This document shows, in pieces, positions 36,371-48,562 of a stretch of DNA of 64,000 nucleotides. Numbering within the stretch: position 1 is the stretch's first letter; every line of letters starts with the position of its first letter. The notes under the pieces were generated by a model that searched no databases, was not told the origin of the DNA, and was given only the letters and a program-made list of their open reading frames with translations. This stretch comes from Pelomyxa schiedti. Lineage: Eukaryota; Protista; Evosea. The stretch spans positions 58,389-122,388 of the forward strand of contig JAHLWZ010000811.1 of the NCBI GenBank assembly GCA_020536535.1. The letters are read 5' to 3'. The position numbers and the translations under genes were made by a program.

Positions 36371-39300
36371 ATGGCCGACACGTACTATTCGGCCGACGGC
36401 GAAGATGATTGCGACCACGACGACATGGACGCCGACGGTGGGGCCGCCCAAGTCATCTACTCCACGTCTTCCACCTACATCGACGAGGACGCCAGCACAA
36501 CCACGGACGGCCCCCCGCCCGGCGACGGCGACGACGACGCCGTGGTAGACGCGTGCTCGGGTGTGTGCTTCGGCCGAAGCCAAGGCAGGCGCCCCTCGTC
36601 GTCGACCAATGCAACGGCGCCTGCAACGTTCGCGCCAACCTCGGCACCGCTGCCGTCGTTCACGTCGACCCCAACCTCAGCTGCTGCTGCTACCCAGGCG
36701 ACCAAGTTGGCCGACCCGTACCTTGGGGCCTACGACGCCGCCGCCGCCGGCGATTCCAGCAATTGCAGACCCAAATGTAATGCCACCACCAGCACCAGCA
36801 CCAGCACCAGCACCAGCACCAGCAGCAGCAGCAGCAGCAGCACCGATTCCACGAACGCTGTTAGCGCATGTGGTTCTGGCTCTGGCTCTGGCTCTTGTCG
36901 TGGCACCAACACGAGAGCGACCATCAATGAAAGTGGCTATATTGACGGAGCTGGTAGCGGCGGTGGCTCGGGGGAGGCATATTCACAGGGGGGAGCTTCT
37001 AGTAGCCTCAGGCAACAGTTGGCCTTGAGGAGGGCCACTGGCGTGACGGTGCAGGTGGTGCAGACGTTGCCTGGTGAAAACCAGCAGCAGCAAGAACAAC
37101 AACAACAACAACAGCAGCAGCAGAAGATACAGAAGCAAATGCAGGAGCAGCAGTTGGCTGTCGGGTCACCACCTCTGTCGTGTGTTACACAGGGACTGCT
37201 ATTGTCTCGCCCTCTGAGTGTTTCCTCTACTTGGTCCAATCTATCATTAGGTATATTGTTTGTTTGTTCTGTGAAGGAATTTGACCTTCTTTTCCTCTCC
37301 TAGGCAAAAATGGGTTTCCTATTGACTGGTGATATATCCTTTTCCGTGCTAGTTCTCTTCCCTAATAATGTTTCTAAAGGAATGAAAGATTTATTGAGAT
37401 AATGAGCTTACCAGAAACAACTCTACAGCAGAGACTTGAGGTTGTTCCCAACTTTTCAAGTGTTTGCTTATCACTGCACAGAAATTCCAGTTGTTAACTT
37501 CCTTTAACAAAAATTTTCTGAGTATTGCTGAGTCTTTTGGGAGGATTATTATTAGTGAGGCGTTCATTCCAGAACAGTATAGGCATGCTCCTAACGTACT
37601 CTGCTTCCCATCTAATTGTGAGTAGAACAATACAACCTATTTCACTTGGTGGCCAGGCTGGAGGTAGGTTCGATACTTTTCCGTCCTCACTTACCTCACC
37701 TTAGGTGAAAAGTATATGTACCATGGTAAGACCAGGTGGGAACAAAATAAAATGTAACTAATAAATCAAGGCATACTTTTTAAATTTGCTACCGACTGGC
37801 TCAAAATTTATGGTGGTGACAAAAATGCTATGAAAGCTGGAGGACATGATCTGAAGGGTTTGATGAGGTTTCATTTTACTCAATGCTTAACTTTACTTTT
37901 TATCAAATATCTAAAGAAATGAAGTCACATCTCTACAGATATTACTCTTGCCCTGGCATTCATACCCCACTGATGGCCCTTATAGGTAACTAAGTTCTCA
38001 GAACTTGTTCTGGATTTAATAAATGGAAAGACTTTCGGGGGTTCCGTCTTGTGGCTATGACAGTGTTACCAATAAATAAGACTACTCTTATATATGGCTC
38101 TGCCAACGGTATGTCCATGATTGCTTTTCTGTGTCACTAAAAGTCCAAGCTGGGCGGCAAGTGTACTGCAAAATATCAAGTACTTTATTTTGCATATCGT
38201 TTTCCATGTAACAGAGGAAATGCAGAATACAACCAAGTTATGGAACATGCTGGAAAGCGATTAAATCTTAAAGGTCATTGGTGTGGCTTTGTTGGGCCAG
38301 ACTCGAAATTCTTGTACAGTCCTTGTGATATTGAAGGCCATTTGGTATGTTTTTATTTCTTGACACAAAATTTATTTCCAACAGGGTTTGGATAACCGAT
38401 TTTATGTATGTGATTTTGCACGGACTTTTCCACCCACAGCTGGGAAAGATGTAAATAAATCATTTTTGTATAAATTGTTCAGGTTTTCCATAACTCAAAC
38501 TTTGTAATGCATTTCAACCTTCTTCAAGGCCCGAATTTGTCTCCACTTGGAAAAAACCATTGTGCAGTGATGCTTTCAGTAAAATTTGTGCCCAAAATGG
38601 GGCAGAACATAACCCAGAGGTCTTAAATCCCAAGGAAAGCTACCTTTCTAAAATTCCCAACAGATTGTTGAAGCAACTGACTTCTTGTTAAATACAACAA
38701 TACCTCGTTTCGCTGCAACCCTTGAGAGAAGTTACCAACAGACACAAAATATCCCCCAGGTATTTTTCCCTAGCAACAGATCCTCTAGATCCTCTCTTAC
38801 AGACTCAGATCACAGAAACAATTCACCGTGAAGGGATAAATGTAAGATACCTTGGTCGATTGCTTTCTTTTTTGACTGAGAAGTCCCTCAGACTTGCTCT
38901 TATTCACGAGATGATTGCGCGTGTGGCAAAAAACAGACTCTATGAACTGCTTCGAGTAACAATGAGGGTATGGAACAAGTACAGTATACATTCTCACAAA
39001 ACATCAGGAAAGAAAAACACTGGAAGAAGATGCACATAGAGAAGTTATCATAATTTTTTTGAACTCTGTCATTGGCATCACCCCTGCAAATCCGGCATTC
39101 ATATTTTGGAGACCTCACCTTATGGTTGGTTTCTTCAATTGATTTTTGCGCTCAACTTGTCATTAGAAGGAGTTGGAGCAACATTTTGAGCAAAGTCATG
39201 AAGCACCTGAATTTTCTGCTGGCTATATCAAACTTAGGGAGGTGTTGAATATGTATGACCTCTTTGTTCGCATCCAAGTACTCACAGGAGTACATCTGAC

Positions 39301-42300
39301 TTCTGGGGCCGTTTCTGAGCTAAAGAATTCTACATCTTTTACTTTTGTGTCAACAGATTTGAAACGGGTATCCTTTCTGAGTGTCTTTTTTTCCCCTCCA
39401 CTAAATGACATAAGGTGTCACCTTGTGTTAAGTATATGAACGTAATCAGGTCTCCCTACCCTCCAAAAAAAGAAAAAAAAAAAAAACTGAACCCTGTCCA
39501 TAAAGTATGGCTGAAGCCAATGCTCTTCATATTCAGTCCATGCGTTCATATGAAAAGTCTTGTCAATCTTGTGAGAGAATGTTCCACCTTGCAATGACAA
39601 AATTTGAGCAGGTAATAAGTCCCGATTCCGGTGTCTTTTTCAAATAAATTTAGGCAATTCAAGCCACACCTGACAACATTAGCATCCTCAACAACTATGG
39701 AGATGTTCTTGTTGAACATGCTATTCTTGTTTGCCAAAGTGTATCTGTGAAAGATTATATCGAGAAGTACTTCTTCAAACTACTTAGCTTGCTCTACCCA
39801 ATACTAGGTCCTTGGAAAGCTACACACTTGCCAATAACTTCACTAAGCTGTTAGAACTTGGGAATACGGTGGCGGCTCTGAACCCTTTGTGGGAAGAGCA
39901 AGTTTTACTCCTGTTTTAGGCACAGTTTTTTCATTCTTTCCAGGACTCCCTCCTAGCGGCTGCGTCAAAGTGTTTTGATATGGCACTCAAACTTGCTAAT
40001 TCTGATAAACCTGCTTCCGCCCCGATTCACAAAGCGTGGGGTGATGTGCTTGTCAAGAGGGCAAGGAAGAACAACAGTACATCACTTTACACAGAAGCGG
40101 GTAACTTAACATTATCACAATTGAGAAATCACGATCTTCAGGAATACATTATAAGTTAGCCTTCGAGTTTGAGCACCCTCAGTCAGCCCTAAAACTTGGA
40201 GATATCAGTACAGCGTGCTTGTACGAAATTACCAACAATTGTCCTGCAACAACTTTCAACTCCCTTGTTGTATTTAGACCCGCTCTGATTACGGCAGTAC
40301 GCCACAGTCAATTAGTGCTACTACTCATCTTGTTTTGTCACAGGAAACACTGCAATACTTTTCTTTGCTCCACAAAATTCAAATACTTATTCTGCAACAT
40401 TGCTCTCTAGACACACTGATTCTTACCACCATTCACCAGAATGCTACTAACATCTTTCACTTAGACCTTTCACAAACTGCCAATGTACTTTAGAGTCTCC
40501 TGTCTCTTACTGATTCTTTTTAGATTTCTCAACTGGATTTAATTGAAGTACTACGTGCCTGTTCTTGCCTCACCGTTCTCAATCTCGCAGAGTGTCCTGG
40601 TGTGGATGATACTGTAGTTAGTGCTATAAGTGTTCACTGTCCCTACTTGACGTTTCTTTCACTTGGTTTGTAACGAATCTACGATTTCTTTATTTACCCT
40701 TGCGAAGAAAAAACTTCGATTAATTCATTACAACCACTGGCTTCAACTTGTCAGAAGCTCCAAACAATCATCTTGTCTCATCTTTCAGCCCCTCTTCCCT
40801 CTGCACTTGCACCAGGTATTTTCCTATTTCCTTTTTACTGAATATTGATCATCCAACAGCTGCCACGGCATTGGATGTCAACCACACTAAACTCACTAAA
40901 ATGGATCTCCTGCTGTTCCTCAAGACTCATTTGTTTCTCAAGAAGTTGGATCTATCACATAATTCCAATGTTGATGACCATGTGATCGCACAGCTTACTT
41001 CCAGCTGTACTTCTCTGACATCACTTGACATAAGTGACTGCCATGTAACTGATGCAGCCATAAGGTTGTGAACCAAATCGGAAACACATCTAACCCAGTT
41101 AGGTCTCTTTCATCCTGCACAGACCTTAACACACTTATTTTTCAGTCAACGGTCGGGCTGTCTGAATGCAATACCTTTTTCTCTAAATGCGGACCCAAGT
41201 TTACAAATCTTGAGCTAGTGTGTCCGTTTATGGATGTTCCAACACTAGAAGCATTGTCTTCTTCTTGTGGCTTGCTACAAAAACTCAAGTTGTCTTTTGA
41301 TGTGGTCTGCACTTTGCAATGCTCTTTCGTGCACCATTAATCCTTGCATAGAAAAGTGATAATGCTTTACGTGACTTATTTTGTGCTTGTAAATCCTTGC
41401 AATCCCTTTCAGTTCTGAATTTTATATCTGATTGGTACGTTCAAAATTAGGAGAATGTGAGCTAATTTTGTTAGTTCCTTTCAAGCTGCGTGTTCTCTTA
41501 ACCTTCGTCATCTGGCCGTTCCCCGTTGCAGACATTTGTCTGACCACTCTTTTAAGGCAGTTACCAAGTACTTCCTCTCCTCAGTTTATCTAGTATTCAT
41601 AGGGTATAGTTGTAAGGAATTGACATTTCTTGACCTAAGTGAAACCAACATTGGCTCTAATGTTCTCGCCTCAATTGCCTTTGCATGCGTCAAACTGCAA
41701 AATCTCAATTTGAGTAGATGCAAACTTATCACTGTATTCCCTAACAAACTGTCTTTTTTGATAATTTTCCCTTCTAGGATGAGGCAATTACCGCCATCTC
41801 GAATTCACTTCATGACCTGAGAATGTTGAACCTCAGTTTTTGTCTACTGATTTCTGAAATTGGGGTGTGCTTTTCTATCATGGTCCTTTTTTTTTTTACC
41901 TATTCCCAGGTGTTAAACAAGTGTATTTTCTTAGAAGAGTTGGATTTAGAGTCTTGTGAAAATGTATCTGATCTCTCCATTCAGGTTGTTCAAAAAATGA
42001 AATTATACCTGAATAAATGGAGCTGACTGTACTACTTCAGGCCCTTTCACACTTACCATGGTTGAGTTCTATGAATATCAAGGACTGCGGCTATGTTGGA
42101 GATTTAGGAGCAATTGCTGTTATAGAAAACTCACTTTTTTTGAAGGTTGGTAGAAAACAGTAATGTCGGTAACTCCCTCTAGGCTTTGACTTTGGGTAAA
42201 AATAAAATTTCCGACACAGTGTTGGAAAAACTTGTTAACAAACGAACTGACATTACAATCACGTCCCCTTAGTATTTTCCCTGCTCCTTTTATGGTCAGC

Positions 42301-44802
42301 TCACAAAAAAAGTCTAAACAAGGTCAAAGGCCCACCAACTGAAACAGCAATAAAAAGCTTGGTGCGAGATTTGCAGCAAATAAATGAGAATCCACTTCCC
42401 TATATATCAGCACACCCACTGGCTTCTGACATGTTTATTTGGCATGTCAATTTGCTGGGGACAGGTTGCCTTCCTTGAAAGGTCCCCTTGTAATATTTAC
42501 CTTATTTTTAGAAGGGACTCCGTATGCAACTGGATTGTTTCACATAGAACTACAGTTTCCACCTGACTATCCCAATTCCTCTCCAAGTGCACAGCTACTA
42601 GTCTCCCTGCCCCATCCACATGTTCACAATAACAGGTAAAAAGTTCAAGGCTATTCAGTAAACTTATTCCCAAAATAGGATCTGCTTGGATATTTTGAGG
42701 TAATGTGTTTCAACTGTTGCCTCCCTACTTAAGACTTCCAGTGACTACCAAGACTATTTTCATCACGTAAAAACCAAATCTGGTCACCAAGTAACAACTG
42801 GTTGGACAAGTGCATATTCTGTTCAATCTATACTTTTGCAAATGCAAAGTAAATGGGTTTTTTGTGCCAGACATTCTGATTCATTCCCTCTTCTTTCACA
42901 TAGCATTTTTGATTGAACTCGAAGATGATGAGGGACAAGGTCCACCAGCTCAGTTTTTGAAAAGTATTCCTGCAGCCATCAAGGCTTCTTTGGAGTTTAC
43001 ATGGTTACCACTGCCCTAATTCTACCTATCGTTGACTTCAAGACAAGCCCCAAATGCCCACACAAACCAGGAAGTCCTTGGCCTCCACTGCCGGCAACCA
43101 CAATCGCTGCAAAGCGACCTGTAAGATTTTCCAACCAGACAACAACTTACGCACTTTAGACTACATTTGAAGACCAAATCATGCAAGAACTTCGCTGTTA
43201 CCATTCCCGCGTTTCCTTTGTTGAAGATTGCATTGGAGTCGGATTGCAAGTCACTTATTACCCGTTTGTTTTATCAGTTGCTTGGAATAGAAAAGTCTCA
43301 CTGTACTTTTCCCCTAAAAACAGTCCCCGAATGGGTGCCCCATTCCCTATCAAGTCCATTGTGACACCTTTTGAATTTTTGAGCAAGTCCGCGTTCTACG
43401 GGGGACATAAACTGTCAATTCTCAAAGAACCCCTTACTCACTGGATACCTTTATGCATGGCCCACAATGTCTTATTAATTTCTATTAATAACTCAACATA
43501 GATATCAATGAGGAACACGGGAAAATTGCGCGACAACTTATCAGAGAATCCTTAAGCTTAATTACACTTGGGGTACCTAATCGGTTCTCACCAGAAATGG
43601 CTCTAAAGGTGATACCATCGATTCTCTCCTCCATGGTAGTTAACATGATGAACGGCACCACACATGGTAGGCTGGGCATCCAAACTTCCCTAATTCTTCT
43701 CTCCAGCGTCCATAAAAGCACTGGAAGGTTACTGTAGCTTTCACCGACTCATGTTGATGTTTTTATTTGATCACCCTGAAATAGGAGGTTGAGAGGTTGG
43801 TACATCTCACTGCTGATTCCTCAATGTCCTGTAGTTTGGGCTGATTCCACTATCAAAAATTTTATTCAGTTCCCAGATTACCGAATGAAGAAAGTTTGAC
43901 TGACCCCACAGGAGTTTTAACTATTTAACCCTACTTTTAGTATGTCCCAAATCTCGGTGAGTTCATACCGTTATTACTCATTTCAGCATATACCTGGTCC
44001 CACATTGCACAATCCCTTTTGGAGGAAACACTGGACAGAAATGTGCTGTGGCTCTTAAGACGAGAACCCTGTATGGCTTTGATTTTCTGACAGTAACTTA
44101 TGCCCTTTCTTTTAAAAAGCACTGGCCAATCCCTATGCAATGGTAGATGTCCCAACGCGTTTGGAGAAAACTTTCAAAGGCTCATGTGTTTCTTTGCGGC
44201 TTCTTATGTTTCATGTGTATTTCATTGAGACAATTGGGCACCCAAAGAACATGGGTTTTGCTCATATTGCCAGCCAATACGACACTATGCATGGGAAACC
44301 ACCCATGGCTGTAAAGGAAGACTTGCAAAAGCAAACCATGGCCATTTTGGCTGTAGACAATTGGAGGTAATTGCCCCCAGTTTGTGTCAATTAACTCTGT
44401 TTGCAGTGGTGCTTTTTCCCGGTTGCAAATTGCATACCCAGGGGATGTCAATTTTGATGCCTGGTTGAGGCAAAGCATAGTACACTCTGCCTCCAAGGGA
44501 TACCACAAGTATGTTCCGCTTTCTGTTCTTTTCTCCCTCACCTCATTTTTTTTGTTGACTTCCGCAGCCCCTGTGCATTTGTACCCGCCACTCCACCAAG
44601 TCCTCCGGTGACCCACAATTCTTATTTGCAGCAACCCACCGCCACGGCGGCGGCGCCAACGCAATCACCTCCTACACACTCTACTTCTACCACTACACCA
44701 GCAAAGAGCCCAGCCTCAGCAGACCGTCATAGAAACCTCTCTACCTCTGAAGAGTGGCAAACCATTCCCAGAAAACCCAAAAAGAAGAACCACAAGCATT
44801 AA
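36371..44802 (+). CDS. Large multidomain protein: CLU (clustered-mitochondria/TIF31-like) core, TPR-like helices, LRRs, ubiquitin-conjugating (E2) domain and an uncharacterised C-terminal domain
   Basis: CLU motifs: GQAGGEKY, GILFKFA, AMKAGGHDLKG, PLMALIDFRGFRLVA, DIEGHLGLDNRFYVCDFARTFPP, LCSDAFS, HREGINVRYLG. LRRs at ~40400-42260. E2 motifs: LVRDLQQ, WHVNL, EGTPYATGLFHIELQFPPDYP, HPHVHNNRICLDIL, GWTSAYSVQSILLQMQ. The LRR-E2 join depends on a predicted intron at 42263-42312. Confidence 0.75.
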
Positions 44803-44852
44803 AAAAATTTTTATTTTTACTGGTTTGTTGTCTGCTTCCTCACACTCTGAAC

Positions 44853-47800
44853 TCAGTCCATCAATCCACCACTCACAACCACATTTGCAGTAGCAGGTGC
44901 AGTTGTGGTTGTAGTAGGTTCCAGAATTGTTGGCTGGGGTGTCTGTTTTTCATCCAGCTTCTCACCTTGCTTTTCCTCTAGCTTCTCGTCGGTATCCACG
45001 GTACTCACGGGTGCGTATGTTGTCCCTTGTTGTGTTCTCTTCCGCCACCAGAGGAACCCCAGTACACAACCGGCACTAACAGCAGCTACTCCACATACAA
45101 CCCCAAATACAATTCCGGCAATAGTTCCATCAGAGAGCTGTTTGGGGAAATCGAAATTAATAAAATGAGTCGAGTTAGGCCGGTACTTACCCCGTTATCT
45201 TCTACGGGTTGAATGGGCATTGCTGATTTGATGAATGTGGTGGTGATATAGCCCTCTGAACTTCCCGAACCTTGGACAAATACGTACCAGTACTGCGGTT
45301 TGCCTTTCACTGCAAGGGATGTGATGTTCAGATGAGCGTGCCCACAGGTATGATCAGGGGTGAAGTAACTGCATCCAGTACCGGCATCATCGTCGCACCC
45401 GGAAAAGACTTGAATGTCAGTGTCAAGCAGATTGTCATCAGAGCAGGTAGAAATGTCGATGTACTGGTTACTGCCAGACACTCGATACCACAAACCTGCA
45501 CAAGTGAACACTGGAAGCAGTTTTGTTCTAAGGTGTAACCTTTGTAAGTGGTAGAACCACTGCAATCACCAGAGGATGCATCGGAGTAATAAGTAAAATC
45601 CCCCACTGTCTGTATATCACTCACAATCTCGTAAGGATTGGAACAGAGAGAATTAGATGGCGCAGTGACTTCATTCAGTCAGGCTAGGAAATGGAAGAAA
45701 GAGGGATGAGACCTTCTAAGACATTTAAGCTGAAGATTCCTGTTGTGTCACCAAATCCAGTAACAAATATGTAGTACAGAGCACCAGAATCAGTGTCGAA
45801 CTCAAGCTTCGATGCAAAACCACACGAAGACATGTCGTCATTCCAGCTCCCACATACAGTAGCTGGACACCCAGAGTATACTACAATCATAGTGTCAAAG
45901 TCAGTGTAAGGCCCACAGGTGTCCACACGTAACTTAGATCCTGTCCCGACAACAGAGTACCACACTCCTAGTATCAAGTTAGTAAGAGTTTTGGCAACTA
46001 TAATAATATACACCTTGCTTATTCTGTTGTAGACATGTATCTGAAGAATGAATGGTGCTTAAGGTGTCACCAGTGCCTATAAAAGGTAGGGATGAAATAG
46101 CCAAAGCATGGTCACATGTGCTGTGGTTCACTGGTTGAGCTAAAATACTACGTAAAAAGAAGGTCATTGTGCTACACAGCTGGCATACAATTGTAAAACT
46201 GAATGTGGAAGAAGCCAGTGCTTACACCCACGGGTGTGGCCACAAATATCAAATATTGACGACCTTTTTGTGCAGCCCAAGTTACTTGGGCCTTATTACC
46301 ACAAACAGTGGTGCTAAGAAAACTTAAAGGCGGATTGAATAGAGGAAATAGAGCTACCTTTGTGCTGTACAAGTATATAAAGTGCACGAGGTGTAAACTT
46401 CTATAGTTACAACTGCGCTAGTGGTGTTGGTGCATGTTGTTGCTGTAACTTGTACATTCTCCTCAGGTACATATTGGTACCACCTTCCTGAGTAGATCGG
46501 TCAAAGAATTACCGAATTGAAATCACTACCTTTGCGCTGCGATGATGTGCTGGAGCAATCACCATAGGAATAGGCTGACGTAGTGGTAGTCGCCGAGTAG
46601 TCACCAGGAAGGGTAATGCTTTTGGCAAACCAACATTGGTCGTTTGAGACAGTTTGTTCTATGTTTGTGAAATATTAAAACCACCTTATGAAACGAAAAG
46701 GAGAAAAATACGATTTGCAACAGTGAGAGTAAAGTTTACTCCAGTCAAGTCATTGTGATATCCTGAAACAGCAATCCAATACTCAGTTCCAGATGTCGTG
46801 TTAAATGAAACCTACTGTCATTGAGGAAAGATTTATTACGTTCTAAAAAACTAACTGAAGAGTAGAACCCACAGTAGTCATCGTTGTAACGAATGCATCC
46901 AGTTTCGTTGTGGTTTTCACAATTGTCATAGACTTCAATCATTGTATCATGTCCCTGCCACTTTCAACCATGGACTTGATTTAAATTAAACTTACTGCGC
47001 TGTTCTCATAGCAAGTCGTTGCAATAAGAGTATTGCCATTCCCTTCAACAACAAACCACAGTGCTTTTGCGGAGGGTGAGAGGGAGAAAAAGGTATGGGT
47101 TGAGGTACATCTCTTGTTCGCATTCAAACATGAACTATAACTGGCTGGAACAGCATAAGTTGAATCTGAATATATCCAAGGTATCCTTGGAACCTCCATA
47201 GCATATGAACAATCAGAATGAGGTTTCACAGCAACTTCAGTGAGTAAGAAAAAAAAAAGAAAGAAAAGATAAAGAATGTAACCAGAATCAACAGTAAGCA
47301 CAAAACTTCCTCGACTGCCTGAATAACCAGTAACAAAAATATAATAAGTTATGGATGCTGAAGATTCCCACGTGATCTGAGAACCCCGGTCACAGTAGTC
47401 GTCATTCTAGAACCATTAAAGAAAGTTTTATTCCAGGGAGGCAACTCTTCCCACACAGCCAGAGGCTACACCATTGCTACAGTTACTGTAGATCTCAATA
47501 AGAGTATCATAATTCACTGCATCGTCACATGTGTTCGCCAAAAATGTCATGTCTTTTCCAGTGATTTTGTACCACATGCCTATTACAATATTATTGGAAT
47601 GTCACTGTAAGAAGATATACCTCCAAGAGAGGAATAAGAGCAAGCACTATAACAGGACGGAAGGCCAACAGTGGAACCACTTGTTACATAAGGAAGTTGG
47701 GCATTATTAATTGTCACGGCACCAGAGCAATTGGAGTTTGCATAAACAACATCTGCACAAGATTGTAGGTGCAAAGCAGAGTGTAAATGAAGTAACCTAC

Positions 47801-48368
47801 TCTCATATATGTCAAGTTGATACGTCCCTTTTGCACCAGAGTACCCAGAAACAAACACATAATAGCTTACATCCTGTGTGGCTGTAAACCTTATTGTAGA
47901 CTTGCCTCCACCACAAGAGTCATCATTGAATGCCAAACACCCTGACGCACCCGAACTAGTACAGGTGGTGAAAATTGCCAATACAGTGTCAAAATTGGTT
48001 CCTGAACCACAAGTGCTCACAACCATGTCCTTTGTGGTGGAACTTATAATCTGAAAGAAGTGGCCTGAGAGTCTTTAGGTTAGATATAAGCACAAAAAAA
48101 AAAAAAAAAAAAAAAAAAGCAGTTTTGTAGTGTGCATATAAAACAGCAAGCAGAGAGAAAGAAGTTGGGAACCTGGTAAGTCTCCATCATTTACAAAATT
48201 GAACAAGGAGCAAACAAATGGAGAATCTGCCTCACTCGACGTGTCACCAATTGTGGAGTAAGGCAGAGCCACAATTGGGTTTGATGCGTCCGCGCATGTG
48301 TTTCCCGACACAGAGTGATTCCAAAAGAGAACCACAAAAGCGAAGGAAAGGAAAAGAGTCCTTGCCAT
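44853..48368 (-). CDS. Type I membrane protein with six ~125-aa Cys-containing beta-sandwich (PPC-like) repeats
   Basis: Signal peptide MARTLFLSFAFVVLF. Repeat consensus N..C..A..I..LP...G.T / G.WY.V.G / TC...FDT.I.VY.GC / NDD.C / YYIFV.G. TM helix IAGIVFGVVCGVAAVSAGCVLGFLWW followed by RKR and a cytosolic YAPV. Confidence 0.85.
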
Positions 48369-48562
48369 GTGTCAATCAGTACAGGGAAAAATAAATTAAG
48401 AAAAAAAAAAGTTCGGCCACCTCAACGCCGTATCTGTGGTTCTCATTATTTTTGTTTGTTTTTTCTTTGGTGATGATTGCTGGGGTTCCCTTGTTTTGGC
48501 CGGTCAAATTCATCATCAGTGAAGTTGCACTACTTCAAGTAAAGGGACTACACGTCCGTCAG

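Noticed and set aside
37645-37690. GGTTCGA T-loop-like motif suggesting a tRNA
   Set aside because: No cloverleaf can be formed. It lies at an exon/intron boundary of the CLU gene.
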